A stretch of DNA of 64,000 nucleotides, from NCBI RefSeq assembly GCF_001194135.2, contig NC_068992.1, positions 8,644,360-8,708,359 on the forward strand, read 5' to 3'. Positions within the stretch are counted from its first letter, which is position 1. Each line of letters starts with the position of its first letter. The DNA comes from Octopus bimaculoides (taxonomy: Eukaryota). Below are positions 40,771-53,088 of this stretch, in pieces. Under the pieces are notes generated by a model that saw only the letters and a list, made by a program, of their open reading frames with translations, ran no database searches and was not told the origin of the DNA. The position numbers and the translations under genes were made by a program.

Positions 40771-41490
40771 TTGGATCATCCCATAAATAATGCGGTTTTT
40801 TCAATTGTATGAACTAAAAGTCAGAGAGGGACGGGATAAACTACCTGCATCAACTTGCTATAAAAGCAGGTAGTGATTTTACTTTTTTTCAAAACTATAA
40901 TAGAAGTAATAAAGGAGCATATTCGGCATATTTTGCTTTATGAGTTCAATAAAGGCAACAACGCAACGGGAAGTGCGAGGAATATTAATGCAGTATATTG
41001 GGATCGGACAATAAACGTAAGCCTAGAAGACGAGCCTCGTCCTGAAAGATCTGTAGAGCTCGAGGAGGACGTTCTCTAAACCATGGTGGAACAAAATCCC
41101 ATCGTAACTGTTGAGGAACTAGCAGAGAAGCTTGGAGTTGGTTATTCAACCATTCATCGACATTATGCGTGCCATCGGAAAAGTCAGCAAATTGGGTCAA
41201 TGGGTTCCTCTCAAACTTTCTGAGTCTAATCACGCGCAGAGAATGAATGTATGCTCTTCTTTGCTGTCACATCTCACGAATGAACCTTTTTTGAACCGAA
41301 TAGTGACTGGTGACTAGAAATGGGTTCTCTATAAAAATGTCAAGCGCCGAAGACAGTGGGTAGGGAAAGGAGAAACACCGGCACCCCAGTCTAAAGAAGG
41401 TTTTCACCCACGTAAGGTGTTGTTATCTGTTTGGTGGGATATGAAAGGTTTAGTCCACTTTGAACTTTTAAACCCAAACCAAACGAAGTT
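40771..41490 (+). mobile_element. Mariner transposon remnant (left TIR and N-terminal two-thirds of transposase)
   Basis: TA+ttggatcatcccataaataatgcgg TIR-like start; KEHIRHILLYEFNKGNNAT..ARNI, LEDEPR.ERS, NPIVTVEELAEKLGV.YSTIHRH, WVPLKLS, FLNRIVTGD*KWVLYKN, HPRKVLLSVWWDMKG. Confidence 0.92.
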
Positions 41491-42139
41491 CATGGTTTTC
41501 TGCATAATTTCTAATAAATAATGAATAGTTATCAAAGCATGCTCTAACTCTAATTCTTTGGAGTTCAAAGTCTGACTATAGAAGAAGAAAGGATGCACAT
41601 TGTACATAAGGAAGATTAGGTTATAAAAATTCTTCATGCAAGTATCTTTACCTATGGTACCTATAACTTGAAGGTTGTGTTAGTTTGAGCCTAAGAAATT
41701 ATGGGAAGCCTAGATATTTATATCTATTCTACATTTCGATCAGTTTTATCTTCGGTCGTCATTAGGTATCTCATCATTGGGTGTGTATATGAATAAGAAC
41801 ACTAAGATTCTTCGTTTGAATCTAGTCTGGGAGCAGTTTCATATTCAGGAAGAAGACACCTAATGATAGGCAAAAGTTTCAAAAATGTAGTGTAAATATG
41901 ATACATTCGAAAAATGAGTTTAATAATCCGATAATTATCTTGAGATCATGTTTACATACATGATATTTACCAGGGAGTTAATGACAATTAAAAAAAATAA
42001 TAAGCCACTCAATTATGCAAAACATAATTGTTTATAACTGATAGGTATAATTGTAAACGTACACGTGTAAGAATAAGGTATATAATACACATCAATGAAA
42101 ACAGCTTTGTGCATTCAGTGAGTTTGTGATATTAAATGC

Positions 42140-42184
<45 letters not shown>

Positions 42185-42639
42185 TTTATTAATAAAGCTG
42201 TAAAGACATCACAATGACTGTTACTCAGAGTTTCACGTTCCAGCTCGTCAGTTTTTGATTGCGTACCACAATGAAGGAGTATGATGATAAAAAATAGTTT
42301 TAACAAAAGTTTTTTTTTTCTTTCACCTGTTTCAGTCATTTGACTGCGGCCATGCTGGAACACCGCCTTGAAGAATTTTAATCGAAAGAATCAACCCCAG
42401 AACTTATTAATTTTTGTAAAGCCTGGTTGTCAAGCGGTGGTCGGGAACAAACACACACACGAGAGGATTCTTCCAGTTCTCGTCTACCAAATCCACTCAC
42501 AAAGCTTTGGTCAGCCTGAGACTAAAGCAGAAGGCGTTTACCCAAGGTGCCGTGCAGTGGGCCTGAACCCAGAACCACGTGGTTAGGAAGCAAACTTCTT
42601 ACCACACAGCCATAGAGGAGAAAACTATAACTATATAGA

Positions 42640-43270
42640 GGAAAAGCTGAACAAAACTACCTCAAACAGATTAATCGAAAACAATTGAAGATGCAGGTTC
42701 TGCTCACAGAATATTTCTTGCACCTATACTATTATGAACAGAAAGGTATCACGGCTTCTGATACCATGACGAGTCCAGAATGAGCTATGCGAAAATCTTA
42801 CCGGTTGTAGAAAAGTGTTATCTTAAATTTCAACAGTCAGTTTTGCTACCTGTGTATTTGGGAAAGGCGAGAAAGTATCAAGCCGTCGGTGAAATCTTCT
42901 GCATAACTTCTTTTGTTTTGTAGATATCTTCAATAATGCTGTAAAAAAAAATCACTATTGTTTCTGACCCTGCAACTTCGTAAATTTCATCTGAATGTCA
43001 TTGTAATAATTTATTTAATTTCTGGCCCTCGTAGAGAACAGAAGGTTGTAGGTCCAAAGTTGGCTGCTGAGAGATATTTGATTCAGATTCGAGAGAGTGA
43101 CAACTATTAAAGGCCGTCGAATCATTAAATTGTGGAAGTACTCTCGTTTCAAGTTCCCTAATCAATTTTGAATAATCTGGGACGGAAGTTATCTCCCGTG
43201 CATCTTGCCAGGGCTTACAGGGTTCTCCCATCCTAGCGAAAACACCAAAACCTCTCTCAAATGACAACTT
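42640..43270 (-). mobile_element. Ancient RTE-like LINE RT fragment (explains ORF 42998..43267)
   Basis: The frame continues past the stop: ...KLNKLLQ*HSDEIYEVAGSETIVIF..IIEDIYKTKE...LAFPK..G..TDC*N.R...TGKIFA, resembling the RT N-terminal region (DEI.AELLK..GEET....DIWKT..PLPK.GD..DC.NYR..GKI.A). Confidence 0.45.
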
Positions 43271-45193
43271 GCAATCATATAAGGGTAATTTTCCTATTTG
43301 ACATTTGTAAAATCCTGGCGATCCAAAAAAGGTTATTTCAATAAAACATTATAATTATAAGTGATACACACTACCAAAAGCTAATAAAAGGTGAGGAACT
43401 TATAACAATACTAATATGTCCTAAGATAGTGGTGTGTTTTGAGGGAGATTTGTCTGCAGATTATGCAATTACATGGAGGCTCTTTTATTCCCTTGTCCGA
43501 TGGTATCATCAGGTATCTTTTTAAAGTTTCCAAATTAAGTTCTTGGTGAAAAGAATAGTAAAAATTATATCTTGTTTGCTTCTAAATACATTTTAGGGTG
43601 AAATAAAACAAACACAGAACTATACAGTATATCCTGTTATACCTAAGAAGACATGGCAAGAGAAATTTGCATAAAAGTTGTAAAAGGGATGCTTGTCTTC
43701 AGAAGAATTTCTCAATGAAAGCCTGTTCAGCCTTTTTCGTGTCGAGAAACCGAGAGGTCTAAATTATATCTGATATAATGTTTCAATTAATTTTGTTCAT
43801 TATTTGTAGTTCATTTTTCTGTGTTATGAGAATGGTATTTGTGCTGAAATATCACCTGTTAATAATGGTATTGGCTTTATATTCTTTTTCTTCTAAGCAT
43901 TTCAAGTGTTTATAATTGCTCAGTATATACATTGCAATTACAGTTTTTGCTGCACACCCCAGACATTATATCAACAGCATTCGATATGGCAAGTGCAAGA
44001 AGTAACCAAATCAGAAATATTATACTTTAATGAACAGAATTAAAAGTAAATTTATGACTCATTTAAGCAAATCAAATTCCTTAAAACATGTTTGTTTATT
44101 AACAGAAGGATAACAAATAAATCAGTTGAAATTTTTTTTTTTTTTTTATTTCTTCCAAAAGTAAGAGTCTAATTTGTAGTTTTTCAGTTTTATTTACCTG
44201 AAAAAGGTAAAAAGAAATATTGTTATAAAATAGAACATAACAGGAATTCTGACAATTTTGAAAGAAAAATTCATATTATTACTAAACTTATTACAACAAC
44301 AAAAAAGAAATTATTAAATCAATAAGCAGAGAAAGATCATAGTTAAGGTTAAGATGCTTGCTCTTACTACAGCCAATTTTTGTAGCTCCTGAAGAAGACC
44401 TACAACTCCATTACAGCTTAGTTAATTCTTCTTCCAGGTTTTCAAGAGTCTAGGTCTCTGAAACAATGCATTTCCGATGGCAAGAATGACAAGGGATTGT
44501 CTATACAATTTAAGCAGATTACGACAAATTGGTTTAATGAGCTTTTCATACACCCATAAATTCCAAATCAGTATAAATGTTAATGTTATATACGTGATAA
44601 GCTACATTTATGTACAGCAACTTAAAATCAATGTTCTTTGGGTGGCTGCAAAATAGTGGTTTATGTCTGATGAGAGACAATTATTCCAAAACATATTAGT
44701 AAATAGATTGAGAATCTTTTACTTTTCTCTTTACCAAAGACAACAGAATCTTTTCTAATCAATTTAATCTCCACAAACCAGGCTCTCAACTCAAATAAAT
44801 AACTGCAGAGTCATCTACATTATACATGTACCAGATATTCTGAATCAAGTCCTTTTATACACACACACACACACACATATATATCATAACCATTTCAACG
44901 TCCACTTTCTCATGCTTGCATGAGTTGGATGGTGTTTACCAATGTAGATTCTCTACAAATGGATGCACTTCCATATCCAAACCATTTCTGTCAAATTTGA
45001 TGAAAATCAATTTAGCCTTTTTCCAGTAATTTTGCAAACACACAGACAAGTGATTAGCATTTTAATTGCCACCCATTATCAAGTTATATAGTGCAACAAA
45101 GATGGTTAATGACAAATTAATCAGTTTAACATATATCAACAAACATAATATGGGAATTATTAAGATAAACATACCTAAACAATATTACTAAAA

Positions 45194-45340
45194 TTACATG
45201 TCATATACACTTTTCAGAGCAAGCTCTGGTTTGTCGTAACCCATCTCTTCAGGTGTGAGAATGCCTAATTCATCTAATGTTGGTTTGATCTCTTGTATAA
45301 CATAGGGCCAGATTTCCTTCACTCGGCTACCACATTTGTC
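45194..45340 (-). CDS. COX5A: COX5A coding exon 4 (terminal)
   Basis: Acceptor ccattgcag, [51 protein letters not shown]. Confidence 0.97.
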   Translation of the reverse strand, partial: DKCGSRVKEIWPYVIQEIKPTLDELGILTPEEMGYDKPELALKSVYDM

Positions 45341-48300
45341 CTGCAATGGTAAGTTTGTTAGAATTAGTTTGGTAAGTTTTGAACATCTTTTTACACTTCT
45401 GTAAAGAAATTTCAAAACGACCAGCTCTGGCCTGAAATTGAAATATAATTATCTTTACCTTAATAGCTTCAAGAAACCTCACAGCAAGAGCATAATCATT
45501 CAATCTTCTGCAAGCATGCATGGCAGCAATAATAATTCTTGGTTCAGGAACAAGATCCATGCTCTGAAATTATCAAAAATTATTCCTAGTTATCATCATC
45601 ATCACCATCATTATTAGCATCAGTTTAAATTCTCCCTCAAAGGGAGGGAATCCAACTGTATCCATTCCCTCAAAAATTTTATGTTCCCTGTTACTGTGTT
45701 TGTCAGATGACAAGGATGTAAACCATTGAGGAAACCATTATGTGGTCACTTGAACTGCTAGAGATGGTAGCCAAGCTTTCCTTAGGGTACACCTCTCAGT
45801 TTTAAAAAGATCAAAGGACATTAAATAATGAAGTGTAGATGGTATGGTTGAGTGGAATTCCTTTGGTCATAGATCTGCTCGATCAGGGTCTTTCTGAAGC
45901 TAAATAACTAAGATAACACAAACTGAACTGTCTATACAAGGATAGTACGTCAGTATCAACACAATATCATGAAACACTAATTTAAATAGCAGCTTTTTTT
46001 TTTTTTTTTTTATGTGGCTGGTAATGAACCCAACTGGTATCTTTTTAAAACAGGCTTAAGTTACAAAGGTTGGGAAACTGCTTTTTATCAACTTGAGATC
46101 AATCAATAATAAAGGTAAAGGCAGTGTAATACTGCAGTGCACCAGGACTGAGTGTGTGCGTCTGTGGGGGTCACTGATACTCGACAAGTACTCGTATAGG
46201 TTGAAAAAGCTTTGTTGGGGAAGCTACATCGTAAGTAGATATATGATATCATCTATGTGATAGCAGAAACTAGCCGAACTTAAACAAAATGAAATATTGG
46301 CCAATGACCTCCTATCTGAATATACTATAGGGAAATAGGGGAGACAACTCAACACATGTTTACGATCCCGCAGCAAATCCTAGATCGCTGGCCAGTTTTA
46401 GCGAGTACATAAATCAGTTAAGATATAGCTAAATTGCACATGTGTTGGACTGGAAGAAAAACTTGACATATTCAATTTGCCTTAGATGTATGCATATATT
46501 AATTACGCCATGTAATGTCCAAAGTTGTCTCCCGTACCTGCTAATGAAAACAAGAACTAAGTATACATTCCTGATGAGCCCAGTTTCCCCACTGTATCCT
46601 TAAGAGTTTAGTCAAACAATCAACCCCAGTGCTTATTCTATTGGTCTCCTTTGCTGAACCGTTATGTAAGTGACAAAAACAAACCAATACCAGCCATCAA
46701 GTGGTGTTGTTGACAGCACACGAATGGGCTTCCACATGATTTCCTTCTGTCAACTTTCTTCATAAATTGGCCAAGGACTAAAGAAGACACTTGCCTAAGG
46801 TGCCACGTGGTGGGAAAGAACTCAAAACCTTGTGGATGCAAAGTGAGCTCCTTAACTCCATAATCATATCTATGCCACAGCGATCTCACTTGTCTTTGCA
46901 GGAATCATAAATTCAGTTCCTCCTGCCCATTTTAACTCGTTAAATAAAAACTCACACTGTAAGTATTAGTTGCATTAAACAAACAAATCCAACTTACGCA
47001 TAAGTCATTCATGACTTTCCTGATTTCCCAGCCATCAAGGTGAGGTTGGTTGAAATGGTTTTCATAGCGAGTATCGAAATCTTCATCTGATTCTCCTGCT
47101 GGTGCTTTGAAGTGTCGAACAGCAAATGCAGCTGGAAAAGAGAGAGGAAATTAAAGGTAACTTTTACTTCAAGATGTTCACAATCAATTGAAGAATGTTA
47201 AGAATGGGGTAGACATTAGAATGCATAACAAATAAATAAGAGGCCATATCGAATTTGAAATGATGAATATGTAAGAACAGATATTGAAGATGTATCTCAA
47301 CTTTACCAGTATTTTGCAAATAATATTTAGGAGCTGAAGTCTCGAGTACAGAAGCATGCTGTATGAATGTATATTTGTCGGGGCTTATGTTTACAATTCA
47401 AAACAGATCATCATCATCGTTAAACGTCCGCTTTCCATGCTAGCATGGGTTGGACGATTTGACTGAGGACTGGCGAACCAGAAGGCTGCACCAGGCTCCA
47501 ATCTGATCTGGCAGATTTTCTACAGCTGGATGCTCTTCCTAACGCCAACCACTCCGAGAGTGTAGTGGGTGCTTTTATGTGGCACCGGCACGAGGGCCAG
47601 TCACAAAGGACTGGCAACGGCCACCCTCAAAAGGTATTTTTTACGTGCCACCTGCACGGGAGTCAGTCCAGCAGCACTGGCAATGACCTCACTCGAATGA
47701 TTTTCTAACGTGCCACTAGCACAAGTGCTAGAAGGCAACGTTGGTAACGATTATGCTCTAATGGTGCTATTTATGGCCACTAGCATGGAAGCCAGACAGC
47801 TGCTCTGGCATGAACACGCTCGGCAGTGCTGTTAGTGCTCCATTGGCGCGGTGACCAGTCATCGAGTATGGTTCCATTTCGATTTCATTTGCTCCAACAG
47901 GTCTTCACAAGACCTCCCTTTATATTCTGTAATTTGTGGTTCAACAATTCAAGATCGAAAAAATACCAAACTTAAATAAGTTCTTTAATAGTGATCGAGT
48001 ATGGTTTCATTCCAATGACAACTTGTAATAAAAAAAACACACACACACACACGTTCTGAGTTCAAATACCACCTGGTTTTTACTTTACCTCTCATTCTTC
48101 CATAGTTAATTAAAAACTATTAGAGAACTGGGATAAAAAAGTTCATTATGATACTTGAGTTAAAGCTAAAGCAGATTTGATGGCTCACAGTATGGCAAAA
48201 GTATCCCAAAGACTTGGTTGTTTAAGATACTTGAGTGGGCTGCAAAGTTCATAGGCCGACTATGAAGGAGTGATGTTCATCATCATCATTTAATGCCTGT

Positions 48301-51300
48301 GTTCCATGCGAGTATAGGTGGGACGGTACCACAAGAGCTGGCCAGGCCAAAGCCTGCACCAGACTTCTGTGACTGTTTTGGCAGGATTTTTACAGCTGGA
48401 TGCCCTTCCTAACACCAACCACTCAGCAGAGTGAACTTAGTGCTTTTTAAGTGGCACAAACACAGTCAAGGAGAGAAGTGCTTTTTACATAGCACAAGCA
48501 CAGACGAGATCAGTTTTGGCAAGGTTTTTACAGCTGGATGCCTTTCCAAACACCAACCACTTTACAGTGTGGAGTGGGTGCTTTAAGTGGTACCTGCACT
48601 GACAGGATCACCAAGTACTTGCAAGACAAAAACTTTTAAGAGGGGAGGAGGCATTGGAGGAGATGATGAAAAGGTGATGATGGCCGTGTGGTAAGAAGCT
48701 TACATCCCAACCACATGGTTCCAGGTTCAGTCCCCTTGGGAAAGTGTCTTCTATTACAAGCCTTGGGCCAACCAAAGCCTTGTGAGTGGATTTGGTAGAT
48801 AGAAAGTGAAATAAGCCTGTTGTGTTTGTGCCCCACCACTGCTTGACAAGTGATGGTGTGTTTATGCCCCTGTAACTTAGCAGTTTGACAAAAGAAATTG
48901 ATAAAAGAAATACCAGGCTTTAAAAAAAGTACTGGGGTCGATTCATTTGACTAAAAATTCAAGGTAGTGCCCCAGTATGGCCACAAAAAGATGAAACTAT
49001 ACAATAGACATGCACACACATAAGAACAGGCATGAATGTGTGGTTAAGAAGTTTGCATCACAGTCTGCTAGCTTCACTTTTGATGTGTCTGCTACTATAG
49101 CTTCAAGTTACTCGTAACTGGAGGCTGTATTAGAAGTCTTAACAATACTGAGGAGGAGGTTATAAGTGAAATTTGATAGACAAAAACTGTAAAAAAAAGA
49201 ACCCCATCAGACACAAGCAAATGGATATAAGAGAGTGTGCATGCAAGTTGGATGATCTGCAGTGTGGGGATTTTTGTAATAATGACAAGCGAGTCACATG
49301 GCAGAAATGATGTTTGTAGGTTAGGGAGTGATCATGGCAAGTCTTTCAGCCCATCAATAAAGACATCAGCACAGTTCATGATATACAATCTATAATTGAG
49401 CTACATTCAAGGTCAGGAGGCGCAATGGCCCAGTGGTTAGGGCAGCGGACTCGCGGTCATAGGATCACGGTTTCGATTCCCAGACCGGGCGTTGTGAGTG
49501 TTTACTGAGCGAAAACACCTAAAGCCCCACGAGGCTCCGACAGGGGCTGGTGGCAAACCCTGCTGTACTCTTTCACCACAACTTTCTCTCACTCTTACTT
49601 CCTGTTTCTGTTGTGCCTGTAATTCAAAGGGTCAACCTTGTCACACTTTGTCACGCTGAATATCCCCGAGAACTACGTTAAGGGTACACGTGTCTGTAGA
49701 GTGCTCAGCCAACTTGCACGTTGATCGGATCAACCGGAACCCTCGACGTCGTAAGCGACCGAGTGCCAACAACATTCAAGGTCAGCATTTGATCGGAACA
49801 GAAATAATTTGGGGGGTCTAAAGAGAGGCATAGTTTCAGAGATGCTGAACGAGTAATGTCATAGAGGTTGCCACAACGTATCATCAGAGATTACAAGACC
49901 TAGTATTTGGAGTAATTTTAAGAATTTTGTTTGTTGTTGTTGTTTAGTTCCAGATCAGCCTCAATGATGAAGACTGCAATGAACAGCATTTCAATCATGA
50001 TCAACTTATTCCGTTTTGGGCTCTTTTAGACCAGGGTTTTCAAACTGTGGTCCGCAAGGACAAGACAGGGGGTCCGTGGACAGCAAATACTTTTTATGGG
50101 CAATTTGATTTTATATATATTTTTTAATCGAAATCTTTTAATTGACAATAAATCTATTTGTTAAATACTGTTAAATAAATGTAAAAATGTTATTTTAAGC
50201 AAATATTTATGTATAAATTTCATAAATTTCATAAGCAAATATTTATGTATAAATTTCATAAGCATGTCAAAAAGTTTGAAAACCCCTGTTTTAGACAATA
50301 TGGTCTCTAGGTTTACAATTGCTAATGTATTGTTTTTAAGGTAGTAAGGCTGTAATTCAAAGGATATTTGGCTGCTCTTTGTTGCAAGTTATGTAACCAC
50401 AGAGACTTCATGCTGAAGGAAACTAGTTTGTCAAGTCCTCATTAAATGTCTTCATAGTTTCTCTTCGTAGAAACAACACAAATCTTTTAACTAGACTGTG
50501 TACAGATGATGCAGGCAAGCAGAAGTAAAGGGTAGTACAATCTGCATAAGACTGTAGCAGCAAGGTTGTTAATGTAAATAAGGGATTCAGAGACATAATA
50601 GGGCTTTGAGTTACACACGAGTTGATAGGTGGATCAGTGAGAACTACATTAGCTTACACTTTACCGTAAGGCAGTCCAAAACAAATGACCAATTCAAGAA
50701 ATGAAAAGAAGAGTTTACAGGTACTATAGATTAGAGCTCACTATAGTTACAATCCATACCCCTCATTCAGGTGGCTTTCAATTTTAAATATCACTCCACT
50801 TGATGTGCATAGAAAACGAATTTTTTCAATTAACTGATGCAGGATTTCTCACACGAAATGTATAGTCTACTATGAAATAATACAAGCAATAAAACAGAAT
50901 TGAAAATACATCAACAGCTGAAATAGTTTTTAAAATGAGGAAGCCTCTACGCGAACTGCCTCGACAAACTAAAAATTCCATCCTAAAAAAGCAAAACAAA
51001 AAGCTATAAGATAATGGTAGTTCTTGATAGTTGTCGTTTTGGTCGAAACTAAAATACGTCATATACAATTTAGCATTCTGTAAATTATTAAAATTATGTT
51101 CCACTATTGTATCTGCTAGTTAAGTATCATTGCTAAATGTTATCTCTTAACCTTGACTAGGCCGCAACCATTATCAGGATTTCTATTACTCTTCCGGAAC
51201 TTGTGTCGTTTGAGGAGCAACGCTTAGCAGGAGTATCAAAACTAAAACAGTACCTAATATCTTTGTCCGTTGTCGATGGTTGACGTCATTAGCCCAGGTC

Positions 51301-52114
51301 AACCATGTTCCATTATGATCAAAAATATTCCAAAAGCTATAATTATGGCATATTTTTAAAACTCTATTTCAGATATCGTGTATTTAGGAAAATATATCCA
51401 ATGTATCCTGGCTTTAAAAAAGGCAATTTTTTTCTTAATGAACCGCGTAGGGGTGCACTTGTAAAAATTTACCAAAACAAAGTTGGGATTTGGCTGTTGT
51501 TTCTAGCAGGTCGAGTAACGACTTAAGAGATTCCCTGATGTTTTGGTTTACTGTAGTTAACAGATTTGCTGAGTTATAAATATAAAGCAGGCGAATACAA
51601 TGCAATTTAATTTTGCCCAAGCCTTATAAAACTACCACCTGCCAAATAACCAAAACTGATTTTGTGTTTATAAAACGCGGGCAGCTATTCGTGAAATAGA
51701 TTATTTGGTAAGAGGGGAAGAGATGCGCCTTATAAACCATCAAATACATACTTTGGTTTCGGTTTGAACAAAGAATATTCAAAAGCAGGTAAAAACGAAA
51801 CGAATAATCCATCTAGCCAACCATGCCGTTCGGTCGAAACAGCGTTGAAAAATTGATTTCGAAACAAAAACATATCGATGCGAATTCCTGGGTTTCATAT
51901 AAGAATTTAAGTGATCTTGAATAAAGGCCAGATTAAGACTGTTTCTTCCATTCTATTAATGTGTAAGGACAAGACTGTATCTGGCGTGAAGGTCAAAGTC
52001 CATAACTAGTTTTTTTTTTCCCCCACCTCGCTAAAATATTTAAAATATTTAATTTTATAAAGTTACTGGAAATATTTCCATTACAAATTGTCTTTGAAAA
52101 ATCCACTAAAACTA

Positions 52115-52153
<39 letters not shown>

Positions 52154-52891
52154 GGACACAGTAGTGTATATATATATATAATGGTATGTTTAGTTAAGAA
52201 CGTAGTAGAGTACAGTATAAAGCTCATCCACCTTCAGATTTCAGCCAGTGCTATCCTGTAGTAGTATTATGCGTACTTCCAGGTTTGCGTCTGGGCCTCT
52301 GTCGTGTGTGAATAGATAATTGAATTTGGAGTAAACAAGGAGTAGTGATTGGAAATAAATGTTCAGATGTATTCCGTGTTGACTCCAAATTTTTTCAATT
52401 TTTTAGATATATAACATATTTACATATGCATAAATGTGTGCACGGACGAAAGTTACGAGTACAGGTAATAGGGAATTTCCTCTATTATAATTTCATTCAC
52501 ATTTATTTGAATTATTAAAATGACCTCCACCAGTATTTGATTGGTACTTCCTTTTTTCGATCCCGGAAATCTGACAAGAACTTACCAATAGCCTAGTAAG
52601 TTATAATAGAATAAACATTTCCATAAACCACTTATATTGAAGAATTACTTCGTCTAGTGTTCTCTATTAGAAAATGCATTAAATTGTCTATGCGCACATA
52701 TATATAGATTTATATATATATATATACACATTCACTAATATATATGCGTGTGTACTTGAGGAAGGACAAAAATGCAATGTCGAAATTTTATAGAAAAGCT
52801 TACCTAAAGACGGATGGTGTTGAACTTTCACCGTCTGTATGGCATGACGAGCAACTGGTAGAGCCAGTCGAGTAATAACAGCTCGAAGCAT
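45194..52891 (-). CDS. COX5A: Cytochrome c oxidase subunit 5A, mitochondrial; spliced CDS join(52804..52891,46998..47131,45459..45563,45194..45340), 157 aa
   Basis: Four exons with GT-AG boundaries and compatible phases (88+134+105+147 nt) give [157 protein letters not shown]. The motifs DGWE.RK.MN.L...DLVPEP.II.AA..ACRRLND.A.AVR.LEA.KDK and Y..QE.KPTL.ELGI.TPEE.G.DK are diagnostic of COX5A. The N-terminus is Arg/Ala-rich and non-acidic, like a mitochondrial presequence. Confidence 0.97.
45459..45563 (-). CDS. COX5A: COX5A coding exon 3
   Basis: Acceptor aatttcag, [35 protein letters not shown], donor gtaaag. Confidence 0.97.
46998..47131 (-). CDS. COX5A: COX5A coding exon 2
   Basis: Acceptor cttttccag, (A)[44 protein letters not shown], donor gtaagt. 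Not in the ORF track. Confidence 0.95.
47408..47900 (-). mobile_element. Non-autonomous retroposon family C (RTE-type tail, internal ~65-bp tandem modules)
   Basis: (GAT)n end; GGAAG(G/A)GCATCCAGCTGTAGAAA tail; 4-5 diverged modules built around GTGCCACCGGCAC. Relatives at about 13750-13960, 39718-40075, 48275-48680 (-) and 56100-56315, 56560-57440, 59440-59580 (+). Confidence 0.75.
49416..49771 (+). mobile_element. tRNA(Arg)-related SINE, tail type 2, in COX5A intron 1
   Basis: Same head as 10621 (anticodon-like GACTCGCGG); different 3' half ending in CAACAA; 13-bp TSD ACATTCAAGGTCA (49403-15, 49772-84). Confidence 0.9.
50032..50288. mobile_element. Complete 257-bp hAT (Buster/Charlie-type) MITE in COX5A intron 1
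   Basis: TIRs CAGGGTTTTCAAACT / AGTTTGAAAACCCCTG, perfect 8-bp TSD TTTTAGAC (50024-31, 50289-96), internal ~29-bp tandem duplication. Confidence 0.93.
52804..52891 (-). CDS. COX5A: COX5A coding exon 1 (mitochondrial targeting peptide)
   Basis: ATG at 52891, [29 protein letters not shown] + G, then donor gtaagc (phase 1 matches exon 2). Confidence 0.9.
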
Positions 52892-53088
52892 GATTTAGAA
52901 ATCAAAGAGACAGAGTGAAAGGACCACCACGAAGGAAAAACTATCAAATTGGAAGGACAAAATGGCAGGAAGAATGGGTTGAAAGGCGGAACTTCCGGTA
53001 AAGATGGGAGGTAACTCTTTAAAAGCATTTCGTCATTCTGGTGATGTTGATGTGACGCAGCTAGGTGTGACAGCAAGGTCTATTTTCA
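52892..53088. promoter_or_regulatory. Putative bidirectional promoter between COX5A and JTB, including a candidate first JTB exon ending at donor gtgagt (53089)
   Basis: Divergent genes. Inverted ETS/GABP-type pair CGGAACTTCCGG at 52987-52998. YY1-like CAAAATGGC (52958-52966) and AAGATGG (53001-53007). Locally GC/CpG-richer and repeat-free. Confidence 0.6.

Noticed and set aside
45341-45458. ORFs 45327..45560 and 45194..45415 as stand-alone genes
   Set aside because: They are read-through into the 118-nt COX5A intron 3; the real exons are given above.
46339-46533. 11-bp inverted repeat GGGAGACAACT/AGTTGTCTCCC as MITE ends
   Set aside because: No TSD and no extension; roughly one such pair is expected by chance.
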